A stretch of DNA of 57,433 bases, the filler included, from Basidiobolus ranarum (taxonomy: Eukaryota): the NCBI GenBank assembly GCA_040143965.1. It is 6 parts of 6 records of this genome, joined end to end, with 100 filler letters (N's around TTAATTAATTAA, not from the genome) between each part and the next. Parts side by side here need not be neighbours in the genome. Positions count along the whole stretch, not along the records: positions 9,603 to 19,097 come from JASJQH010000818.1; positions 19,198 to 28,690 come from JASJQH010000819.1; 4 more parts are not named here. The stretch is one strand, 5' to 3'. Position numbers and translations under genes: made by a program. The notes below the pieces were generated by a model, which worked only from the letters and a program-made list of their open reading frames with translations, had not been told where the DNA came from and did not search any database. Each line of letters begins with the position of its first letter. The stretch's first letter is position 1. This document shows positions 13,401 to 24,869 of the stretch, one piece after another.

Positions 13401-14700
13401 TTTACATGGAGATTCCACTAGCAATAGAAATTAGACCCTTTCTTGAGCCTACCGCGTATACGGCAGTAATAGTCAAGTGAATCAAATCAAATGAGCAGAA
13501 CATTAGTAATTTGTTATGATTTGAGGATCCACTAGGATGCAAGATAGGGTTCCCAGGAATAGCGCGGTTATGCTAACATTATTCGTAGGTGTAAATCATT
13601 AATGATAACAATAGCAAAGTAGTTGGTTGTTTACCTTTAGTAGATTATCCAGGATCCTTGTTCATTTGATGTAATTCCTAACCATTGAATATAAAGCGGC
13701 ATCCTATACAAGATGTCCAGTGCTAGCTGCCTTGTATTGTCTATATATTTCTTTGGTCAACATCATCTTGTTTATCTTGCAACTTGCTCTTTTCTTCTAC
13801 GTGACAATTTGATCTATTGATTTAAGAGTAGAATGGTCAGAAATCAGACATGCTTCTATTGTATTAATCTTCGTACCGGGTGCTTGGTAATAACTCTATT
13901 TGAACTGGTAAGCTCGAGCATTACAATTCCATCCTGATAATTTGAATCTAGTTCGTGAATTCAAGAGTTGAGAATGCCTTCTGGTAGAGGAATGGAATCC
14001 TAACAGTATTTCTGACGTATTTAGGTTCTTGGATTGCTAGCAACCATCTTGATTTCTTTGAATTGGAGTGGCGTAACGAGCTCGTCGTTCGGTTGGAATC
14101 ACAACAACCTCTATTCCACGGCTGATTCTTCGACTTTTCACACGGGTCGAGTAGGATTGTATATCATATTCACTACATTCATTATAATGCTGTTGATCGG
14201 CACCATTGGTTTCCTTGGCACTTGGAAGGTAAAGAGTTCCTATTGGCATCTATGTGCATCAGTATTGAGATTAACACCTTCCCAGTGCAAATCATGGATG
14301 CTTTCCACTTATCTAGTAGTGACTTCGTTACTGATAGTAGCGGAGTTCCTTGGTATGATACTCACTTTTGCTAACAAAGAGTGGTACAATGGAGTCTTAG
14401 CCTTTGTGGTGGTTGGTTATTTAGAGAGTATACTCTTCTGCTCGTTGAAGGGTTTTCTTCGACTAACTTGTATTTCTCTTTTCAGCTCATGTTTCAGCTC
14501 TATTTTGGCTACATAATACATAGGTATCGCAACTTGATTTTGATGGTCCGACATGCTGAGAACTTTTCTGGTCTGTATATAGTAGGCAAACTTGGTAAAG
14601 TGTATAGCGCAAACCCTCACCTAGTAGTAAAGTATTCTCTTAACGAAGGGACTATCAAAAAAATGTAAACAAGGAAACCTCACATGTGTTTATCCATGAG
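10450..14700 (-). mobile_element. Probable highly decayed non-LTR (LINE-like) retrotransposon
   Basis: Fragmentary - strand peptides in the expected order: ...ISDHS...CKINKMMLTKE (AP-endonuclease end, ~13800), SLFPK...YR / LLNV (RT start, ~12800), SIIASLWHI...IF (C-terminus, ~10570); many stops, no intact ORF. Confidence 0.4.
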
Positions 14701-15637
14701 CACTTGTCGCATTAATCCCAAAGGACCAAAAGCTTACTAACTCGTCGGTCCAATTGACCAAGCAATAGACATAAATTCATGATGGCTATGCCTAATCCCA
14801 AGTATCTGGATGGACACACTTGAATATTTGTATTCAGCTAGTAGTTCAATAAACGAAGAAATTTCATCGCTTCTTTGTGAAAATCTGTTCGGGTACTCCG
14901 CCCCATAGTGCTCACGAATCTCTTGGTGTAACTATTGGTAACCACCACCAGACTGATCTGATCCGCCAGTAACGCTATTCTGAATTAACAGTGAATCATT
15001 TTGGAATGTCAGAAATTTCCCAGTATGGTAAAAGTAATATCCGCTATGTATTTAACGTTTGTAACATGCGGAGGTTGATTCGTAATCAAAAGTACGGGAA
15101 TGGTGCAGTCATCACATGGACCTTGAATGAAAGTCCTCAAAGTGGCATGCGTCCACGATCTTATGGTTAGCTGCAGTTGGGCAGTTCTTGGGGAATTCGT
15201 ACGTTATGCATGAACGCCTATTTGGGCCAATAGAAAGTCATAAAAGCACAAACTGGTTTTTCAATGGTATCACTCAGTACAGAATCTAGGCTGAGATCTT
15301 CGGTATCTTCTTGTCTACAAAGCTAGTATTGGCAAGTTTATAAATATTTAGTGAGACCCAGGAGGTAATTTTTAGCTTTAAAGTAATGATGAAAAGGGGT
15401 TTTGGGCGCAGACTATTGAGTACCTACAACAATGAAGTTATCACACATTGATAAAGCCAGTTTGAAACAGGCATCCAGAAAAAGATCAAATTGTGGTACA
15501 TCAGTTCACTGAAACTCTAAATCTATGAAAGCGCAAGCGGTATTTAACAATATATGTAAAAATTCGAATTTCTGTGTAAATCTCCATGCATCCGTAAAAT
15601 TTAATCACACCAAGGTCACCAGCCACGACTCCAGTAG

Positions 15638-15645
15638 CTATAAAA
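15638..15645 (+). promoter_or_regulatory. TATA box (CTATAAAA) of the STRA6-like gene
   Basis: About 110 bp upstream of ATG 15752; the same octamer precedes the chitinase, PTR and U6 genes. Confidence 0.55.
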
Positions 15646-15751
15646 GACTCAGTTGGTCACCATGACTTCCTCAGTTCAAGTGAATTCTCTTATACTTTCA
15701 TATCGGTCGTACCCCAGTGCTTCCTTGTGTCCACTGCTACCAAAACAAAAC

Positions 15752-18700
15752 ATGCTAAAAAAGACCCACTCCCAGCTACCGCTATGGCTTGCTGTTCTCT
15801 TATGTGTTGTTCTATCACCATTGACGCAAGCAGGTACCTTTACTAAGGCAGTAATGATATTCATAATCCCTTCCCAGTCACTCACCTTCTCTCTTAGATC
15901 TTTTCCTAATGCAATGCCAGGCGAAATCAGAGAAGTCAGCAATTCAAAACATAATTATCGGAAACAAAGTACTGACACATTTGTATACTAAGCTTGAATA
16001 ATCTACTTGCCTCCGATCTTTGTAACCTGGATGCTCCCAATACCCAATGGGTATATAACAAAGCTGACTGGGTTATGGTAGACGCTGCCGCAAGTCGTGA
16101 GTGCTCTCCTTCTGGTATTGTTGGTGCTAAGCATTTACTAAGAGAGTCTTTCAATTGATCAGGTTGTTGTGGATCTGCAAGTGGCTCACAGTTTTTCTCA
16201 ACCGGACCAGAAAGGTTTATAGAGCTAAAGCAAAATATCGGCAAGGATAAGGTGCTCCCATTCATTAAAGCCATAGACAAGGGTCATGTGGTAAGTGAAT
16301 ATTTTGAGATTGCGATCCACCAGAAGCTCAGAACTCAGCGCAAAAACTAACCTGCATCTCAAAACTTACCCTTAGACGGCCAACGTACGTGTCTCTATTG
16401 AGTCTTTCTCTTCTTCCAAAAACTCAAGTGTAGAATTGATCTTTTACGATGATAAAGGGAATCCCCTTGAAGCTGGGCCGCTTCTAGTTGACAATAATTC
16501 TTTCTTCTCGCAAACCTACCTCCCTTTTGATGTTCCAGCTTCTGCCCGCTCATTCGATGTGATTGTAACCTCCTTAAGTAGCAGCACCACATGCTATGAT
16601 GGATTTGTGGTATACCTGGAGGAGTCTTACCTTGATAACGAGAAGATCAATATGTATGAAAACAGTGAGTTCGAAGTGAATTACATCTAGCCTTTAGGAT
16701 GCAGCTAACAGTATCTTTAGTCAGCACTATTTCGTTTATTTTATCCATCGCCTACATCATTATCATCCCTCCGATCATATTGATATTCGGCCGCAATAAC
16801 GTTCCATTCCCAATGTAAGTCCCTTTGAGATTACTCATCTTCATCTCTAAGCACCAACTAAATAGCCTCAATACTTAGCCCGATAAATTTACTCAAGCGT
16901 CGAAAAGACAACCGCATTGCCATCATCCTTTTCGGCATGGTAGCTCAACTGATCTTCGTATCCGCCATACATATCGTCAATGGCTCCAACAATCTGCAGA
17001 GCATGTTCTCCATTGATCCAACTGTAGCCAAGTATACCAAGGGTATCTTCTTGATTCTGGAAGTGATTTTGAAAGGACTAATGCTATATCCGCTGTTTCT
17101 ATGTTACGAACAGTCTCATAAGCTCATTGGTAGTATCTTCGGACTAATAGTGTCTGTTACGATATTTGCTCAGTATTTTACTCAAGTAATGGTTAATTAC
17201 TACATGCTAATTGGGCTTCGAAAGGTCATTGAAATCATCGCTTTGATTCCGGTGGTAGCTTTTAACTTGATTCTGATCGTGTATTTCCTGGCATGTGTAT
17301 TCGCCGCAAAAGTGCCACGTACTCAAGAGGCCGTACTCGCTCAATCCTCGGACACTTTGTATGTGAAGGATTTGCTACTTAAGAAGAAGATGGAATTCAA
17401 AGCTGACAGAGCACCGCCTGGGTTTTTTGAAACGATCTTTCACCCAACTAGGTATTTTAGTTACCGCAAATACAAGCGCAGCCTTGTTCGGTATATCGAG
17501 TAAGTTTTACTGAATTCGTATGGGCATCCCCCACTCTTTTAACCAATCATTTACGTATAGAATACCAGACATGATCCATTTTACCCTCGTGACTATCACC
17601 CTCATTATCCTTCAGCTAATGATCTTTGCGGTTGTCACCCTCTATAATATCATTCGAAGCGTAGGAGCATGTACTTTATCGAGCTTGATCAATCTAGCCA
17701 GCAGTCTTGGTGGACCAATGACTGATGAGTTGGGTACCGCGTCGCAAGTCTTAACTTCCATGAACGCCTCCACCTATCTGGCTGTTATTCTTGGTGGATT
17801 TGGTAGGATTGATAAAGGACAGATTGATGAAGAAGAATGCGACGAACTAACATGTTCTATTTTAGGGATCATTTTTTTTGTCAGTGGAATTAAGTATCGT
17901 TTCCAAAGGGACATAGTGCAACTCCGTTTGGGAAACTATGGATTATTCCATAACCGTCGAAAGAACAGCGTGAACATGACCCATTATCTAGCGTTTTACG
18001 GCTCAGCACTAGGAAATGCGTTCTTCGCTAGCTTGGTGGTGATTTTTCAACTGTTTCTTATATTCACTTTGATCTCAGCGATGATTCTGATACCCTATGT
18101 CCGGGACAAGGTAGTCCGCTGGCTCCTACTATCTGCACTGGTTCCATTCTTTATCTCATGGGCCACAGCCAAGATAGTATCCTTGATCACTTCGATACTC
18201 TTCATCGTTTCTGGAACCAAATTTTGGCTTAAACGTCGTACTGTATTTATGCATTGGTCCTTCCTCGCCATCTTTGTGCACATCCCAGGAGGTATCACCG
18301 GGTGGTTCGGTCGTATGGTGAAGGCATTTTTCACCATTTTCTTGTTCAGTTCGAGAGTGGATCGTAGTGTGTTGCATACCAACCTTAGATCCAATGATGG
18401 TGGATACAACTCATACTTAGGATTTGTAAGTATTTCTTGAATTGAAACTGATCGTCCATAACGATACTAACTCATTATGATCCCATAGCTATTAGCCGAG
18501 CACTACTATTACAACCCAATTAACATGGTGTTCGTGTGCCTTATGTTGAACATACCATATGATCATGAATCACCGATCATCAGTGACTCATTCCAATGGC
18601 GTAAATTGGTCCGAACTCCATCCATCTTCCTGGAAAAGTATGAGAAAGGGGAAGATATGAAATCAGTCACCGTTATAACCAATGTACTGGATAATCGTAG

Positions 18701-18818
18701 GAAGATTGCTCGTAACAGATGGCATTTAGCCTATACCTTATTAAACAATCCCAAAGTACGTGATTTACGTCGTCACGTAGAAGAATCGAAGTCCGACTCT
18801 GATTCCGATTCCGATTAA
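15752..18818 (+). CDS. STRA6/RBP-receptor-family multi-pass membrane protein with signal peptide and N-terminal ectodomain (~828 aa, 10 exons)
   Basis: Exons 15752-15833, 15898-15934, 15993-16096, 16163-16290, 16376-16664, 16721-16814, 16879-17499, 17561-17802, 17866-18425, 18489-18818 total 2487 nt with all phases consistent and GT-AG introns. STRA6-type motifs: PIPINLL...NR...FG, YPLFLC...IGSIFG, YVKDLL, RVDRSVL...DGGYNSYLGFLLAEHYYYNP, ARNRWHLAYTLLNNP. Confidence 0.88.
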
Positions 18819-19097
18819 TCTTCATTTAACTACTTTTTACTTTCATTTACCAAGTTCTTCTGAATACCCATTTGATTGGCCCCTCCCACTTATGATATCA
18901 CTTGGTTTGTCACTAATAATTCATTCTATCATCATAAATAAATCTCAGGTCCACTTTGGTGTACAGCTCATAGATTGCATTCCCTAGAAAGGTACTAAAG
19001 ACAGTTGTGAGAGCTAGTAATTGGGAAGAATTGTTTACGGACTATCCTCCCCATTCAGCTCGCACAGGTATGAGTAAATGTAGCTCACAGCCTCGTG

Positions 19098-19197
19098 NNN
19101 NNNNNNNNNNNNNNNNNNNNNNNNNNNNNNNNNNNNNNNNNTTAATTAATTAANNNNNNNNNNNNNNNNNNNNNNNNNNNNNNNNNNNNNNNNNNNN
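19098..19197. other. Artificial contig linker
   Basis: N44-TTAATTAATTAA-N44. Confidence 0.98.
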
Positions 19198-20037
19198 ACT
19201 AAATGCCGGATCGCTAGCTATACTGATCCTATTATGTTATGCGAAGTAAGCTTAATATGCAGAGCAGCTTAAACCTTTGTTTCAGTTATCCTGTTACTAG
19301 TGTACCCGTATCGACAGATCTAATCCACTATTAGCAAAAGGAAGAGACAGTAGGCTACGAATAGGTGTTTGGTCTAGAATATCGTATGTTCACGATGCGA
19401 TAGTCAAATCAACCATCAGCACTCGGACATCAGCTTGAAAGCGAAATCTAGTGCAGTTTCAATCATGAGCCCTTGTCGAATCACCGACTCAAGTCTATAT
19501 TGTAGGCGATGAGGCAATGGAGCTGATTTGCTACCGTGGAAAAATGAATTGCGTTCAGCATGATGCTTCCTGTACACAATGAGGATCTCAAAGATAAATC
19601 CCTCGTTTAATATCAAGTAAATGTCGAGAAACATAGTAATTGTGGAATATGACGATTAATAATATTAGGAGAGCCGCAAGGTGCAAAAAACCCTTTCTGC
19701 TCTGTTGGAGTGAGAAAATGGAAGCTATGTGCAGAAAGAAATGTGGAAGCGCGTGAAGTCAAGGGGTAAGCTAAAGATCTTTTCACGATCTAGAGAGCAA
19801 AGATCAAAAATATGTACCTAGAAGAGTCAAAAATATCCGAGAATCTGTTTGCATATCGATTCTTCAAAGATGGATTTCTGAAGGGGAGCAAGGAGACGCG
19901 GATGGCGAGAAAGAGCTAAGGATATTATATACTAGAAGGACCTCTGGATAACATGTAACAAAAAAATGGAATTAGGGGATCTTTCTCAGGATGACTTTAC
20001 ATTAAAGTATTCGGAATATCAATGATAGGATAGGCAA

Positions 20038-20589
20038 TTAGCATTCAACAGCTTGTTGCGGCGATACTGGAACAATCAGCTCATCAAAATTCTCCATTTG
20101 AACAACTTTGTCATCCAAGAGTAGTTCTTCATTTGTGGAACTAGACGATATAGAACTTGCTGACCTCCATTCGTACTCTTCGTCATGCAGAGGAAATGAT
20201 ACGTACTCCGATAGTCTTGAAGGGCGATGCTGAGATTGTGAACGAACAAGTCGAGAGGGTGTGAGCATGCTTTCCGCACCAAAATATTTCTGTAATATAT
20301 CAATGGAGCTCATCCGCCGAAGACTGGACTTCCGTTCGTTGCCGGAAGCTGTACTTGATGATGCATACTTACTTAGCAAGTCGATGCTTTTGTACTTGCG
20401 CAAGCGGGGCTTACTCGTCGCTGCTGAATATGAGGAGCCAGAGTTGATGGTGACAGTCTCATTACATACTACTTGACTCACTTCGGAGACGATACTGGCT
20501 TCACCATTTAAAAACCATCCTCCATTGCTTTTATTAACCGAACATCTTCCTCTAGACTCGAGTGACCTTGGGGCTCTACTAGAAAACAT
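20038..20589 (-). CDS. Hypothetical Ser-rich, probably disordered protein (183 aa)
   Basis: Single ATG-initiated ORF in CpG-normal DNA; internal repeated motif RKYKSIDLLSKY / RRMSSIDILQKY; no recognisable domain. Confidence 0.6.
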   Translation of the reverse strand: MFSSRAPRSLESRGRCSVNKSNGGWFLNGEASIVSEVSQVVCNETVTINSGSSYSAATSKPRLRKYKSIDLLSKYASSSTASGNERKSSLRRMSSIDILQKYFGAESMLTPSRLVRSQSQHRPSRLSEYVSFPLHDEEYEWRSASSISSSSTNEELLLDDKVVQMENFDELIVPVSPQQAVEC

Positions 20590-23116
20590 CTTTCAAACTG
20601 AATATATACGTGAAAACCGATATTGAAATTGCTAAGGGAGGGGATATTCGTACAGCCTATATCTACTGGATTCTTGAGCTTCTAAAATGATGAAGTAATG
20701 CTCCCAAAGAAAGGAGAAGAATTAGTAACCAGAAAGAAGAGTGTTAACAGATGTAGAATTCGTTGTGAAGGACAGATTTAGCTCGTAATTTATACTCCAC
20801 ATATAATCTTCACATTAAACCATTGGGGAGTGCTTTTTCGGGAATTTCGAAAATAACCATGAAATGATTGACATCATGGTCTTCTACTTAAATTATTTTA
20901 CTTCCGTTGGCGTATCGTCATAGTAATTAAAATTCTTTTGGTAATTGTTAATACACTTTTCTTTTGCCAGTTGTCATTAACAATTGCATACGGTGCATCG
21001 CATCCAATAGGGGTCCGCCCCATACAACCCTACGCTGCCATTGGATAGACCTGGTGGAGATTGAGTGAATATGGGGCTTAGTTTCATTAAAAAAGGCCAC
21101 GTTAATTAGCATGATTCCACGTCACATGATCTGCACACTGGGCTCAAGCTGCAATGCAACCGAAATGATCGAGAACTAATGGAACATCAAGGTGATTGGT
21201 GTTATGGCCGAGTAATTGCTACACAATATAAATACATTGACCAACTCCGATATACCATGACATGAATATTCTGTAGGAGTTACGATAATGTCGTACTAGA
21301 AAAAGATATGGTTTGGGGGGTAGTTTGGTCACCCGAGGTGCATTCAGTACAACATTAGCAAGATCAATGGAACCTAACAAACAGCCAGAATGCTACTCCA
21401 CCATGTGGTATCCAATTAGTCTCCGCAGTCCTGGTGGCCTTTAGAATCCATTTAATACTTCTTGGTGCTGGGTAAGATAGTCTTTGGCTGAAGTGAGCAT
21501 TTGGTCTGTCCTCAGATTGGCATATAGCGAGCTATCATATGCATGCTTGTCGGGCGCTCATAAAACCTTGAGTAACTCACAAGACCACAATATATCTATC
21601 GCCATATGCTGGGATAAGAAACAGATAGAGTGCTGCTTAGAAACATTTGATTGTTGGCGAGAATCTGACCTTGATAAACCACGCTACAACGATCCTGGTT
21701 TTGAATCAATCGTTTGGTACAATGTTAATGAAGATCCCACATATCGTTTTTAACCCTCTGACTTAAACCTTATTCTATCCCTAATTAAGAGGAGGATAAC
21801 GTTATGAGGTAACGCTCAGCTGAATCAGTATTTTATTGGCGATGAGTGTGAGCTCCATCAATGGATAGGATAGCCATCATCAACCAAGCCGAAATCTTAT
21901 TCCGATTAGCAACATATTTGGCAAGTGACGAGCAACAGCTTTGGTATGGTACAAAGGTATGGGGTAGCTGGTGTGCGTATACCTGACATCCGCTGCATAT
22001 CTAGTCATCATGACTTACCAATACTTCAGTTTCTATTCGGAACTTTATGCTCAGACATCCACTGCATCGTAAAGAGAGGGGTAGCGTCTTCACTTCATTG
22101 TTGCATGAGACTGATGTATGTGTAGGAATGCATTACCGCCATAAGCAATCTCACAGACGCTTCCACGGTATGGAAGCGTAAAATACAGAACACACTCTTG
22201 ATTCTAGTATGCATAACTCCCGTCGCATCAAAGTTTGCTTGCCATCTGGGCTCAGGACTAATCAACTTACCGACAGCTAATTGCACTTGAGAGTAACTTG
22301 TTTAGCTGATTGCGGCAAGGCCCATCCCACTTACGGCAGAAAACTACTAATGGTATCAATGTCCTATCTAAAAATATCACACCTGGTGTTGAGCAATTGG
22401 GCACTATCTATATATACCAGATAAAGCAACCTTAGCATGGGTGATGCGCTTATTTAGAGTCTGGTTGCCTGGGTAGCATTTTTAGTGGTTAGCAGGCCAA
22501 AGCAACCTGAGGATTTCGGGGTTGTAGGGCCAATAGGGCTTTGGCAGATGGTGTTAATTTATGAGGAGTTTGGGCAGCGTTTACGAAGCTTAATCAGCTT
22601 TATTTTAATTTAGAATCCTGATGTGGAAACTGGAACTGTGAGATTGATTTCTATTTTGAAATCTAGAATTAGGAGTGTTCTGTATTTGGTAATTGCTAAT
22701 GAAGCCTGCGAGCAAGGCCATTGGAGACGAGCTATTTCCTAAACCTCTACGAAGCTGGTTAGTGATGGAAAAGGGTTTCGAGCTGGTCATGTTTAATGAA
22801 TGTGGATAAATGGTCATTCCAATGTTGCTTCAGTTCATTGAGGGCGCTTTTTGGGGTTACCAAAGATTTATTTTGTGTCACGTAACCAGTCGGGTGAAAG
22901 AAAATATTCGGTCCTTTATCATGAATAGATTTTTTTAAAAAGGTAAATTTGCTTTTGTACCTCGGCTTTTTCCTTTCGCCTTCTCATTGACTTTTACTAC
23001 CTACCTCTTTGAATTTAACGCCCCTTTTCCGACATACTCGAAATTTCACTTACAATAGTTTCCGTTGAATAATTCGCAGTCTCTCCAGAAGTTAATATCA
23101 TTTCATTTTTGCGAAA

Positions 23117-24005
23117 ATGAGCCGGACTCATCGATTAAGCATGTTTATGCTCGTTCTGTTGTTAAGTTGTAGTTTAGCCTTGAACGTATCTCGAAGAGAA
23201 TTTTTAGATAATCCCCAATTTTTGGCTGCTGGGCTGCCAGCAGATACTGGCTCAATTGCAGGTGTCGCTAATGTACCTGACCCTGCGCCTTCAACCCCTT
23301 CGGTAGACCCAGGACCTTCCAGTGTTCCTCCAGTTGTAACTCCTCCTTCTGAAACACCAAAACCTACACCTACACCAACACCTGAGCCAACAAAGCCCAC
23401 ACCAACACCTGAGCCGACAAAACCCACACCAACACCTGGAGTCACTAGTACTCCACCCACCACTCCTCCACCCAATACTAAGCCTACTTCTAATGACCCT
23501 GAGCCTACTAAGCCCACTAATCCAACTCCAGGGACAACCCCCCCTGTTCCCACTCCTGGGTCTACTGCCAAGCCACCAACAACCAAATATTCGAGCATTA
23601 TGGTGACAGTGACTAATAGTAATGGAAGCAAAGTTACATCTGTTTCAACGACCTCATCAGTAGAGACCGATATTCCTTCCGATCCCCCAGCTAAACAGGA
23701 AGGTAGCGATAGTGGCAGTAGCAAAACTGTAATGACGGTTGGTATCGTTGTTGGATGTGTTGTTGTTCTATCTGCTGTTGGTATCTGGGTATTCCGTAAA
23801 TGGAAGTTGAAGGTAGAGTTCTTTCACATGTAGTTACTTATAAATTTTTACTAATGATTCCTTGCCATTTTCTCAACAGCCTAGCAGAAATTTCAAGGAC
23901 AAGATCAACAGCGACACTGACAACTTTTTCTCTCCACCAGCCCACTCCACCGTGTCTAACCGTGACAGGGACGCAGTATTCTTGAGAGAATTAAATGAGT
24001 CTTAA
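23117..24005 (+). CDS. Mucin-like single-pass type I membrane protein (Mid2/Wsc-like architecture)
   Basis: Signal peptide, long Pro/Thr/Ser stalk, TM segment VGIVVGCVVVLSAVGIWVF, intron 23813-23879 (GTAGAG...TACTAAT...CAG), tail RKWKLKPSRNFKDKI...FLRELNES*. Confidence 0.85.
23350..23585 (+). repeat. Coding low-complexity repeats (PEPTKPTPT)
   Basis: Repeated ACACCAACACCTGAGCC units in the mucin-like stalk. Confidence 0.8.
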
Positions 24006-24869
24006 ACAAGACGAAGCTTAAGTCTTTGTTACTTGGAGATTTCATCAACCTCTGTTATTGACATCTATATGTCATCAGAAGCTCAATACATTTTCGTTTG
24101 AATACGGGCAATCATTTCTACCAAATCACCCATAATTTTGCAGTTTATGTTTAGGCGTTGGTTGAAGTTGATTTCTTTCCTACAGATTCCCCCCATCCTA
24201 ATCGCATACTTAAATATTCCCCCTTTTTATTGATTTTTTTTTGATTTACGATTGATTTCATTAAATTCTTGATTTTTGTTCAACCACTTGTTTTAATAGT
24301 CCAATGGGATTTCTCTACTACCAAATCACAATCCCATTTCCCATCTCCCCCTTTTATTGGAAATTTAGGGTTAAAGTTTAATGTTCATTGAGAATGGGTG
24401 AACTTCCTCTGGGGCGATACTTCTAACCTCCATAAAATAATGATTTGAGACATTGCCTGCTTATTAGCATTCTTAATGATTTGGATTCGATTTAGATGCT
24501 TGATGACGACACACTGTTCCAACACTGCTGACTTGGTACTATATTCCTACATGGGTTCTTGGACAATGAAGGGTTATGTGCCATATATATATATACATAC
24601 CTCAATAGAGCTCCGTGCAGGAATATCGGCGACTTGGGAAATGAACACAATGGAGTACCGACGCATGGGTCATACAGAATCAAGTGCATGGATTTTCGAT
24701 GAATATTTATTAGAAACCACCTGAAAGTTCCGTGGTCAACTAATGCATGAAACCAAATGAGTACATATACCAAAAACAAAGCAAAAAGGGACCTCAATGG
24801 TCCAGGAATGATACTGAGTTGTAAGAATAGCGATTTTGGACCTTCCTAGTCATATCGGAGTTATTCATG

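Noticed and set aside
14034-14516. 160-aa hydrophobic + strand ORF resembling a membrane protein
   Set aside because: Non-ATG start, no family motif, and antisense to the probable LINE relic.
23128-23724. 198-aa Gly/Val-rich - strand ORF
   Set aside because: Antisense shadow of the Pro/Thr-rich mucin-like gene.
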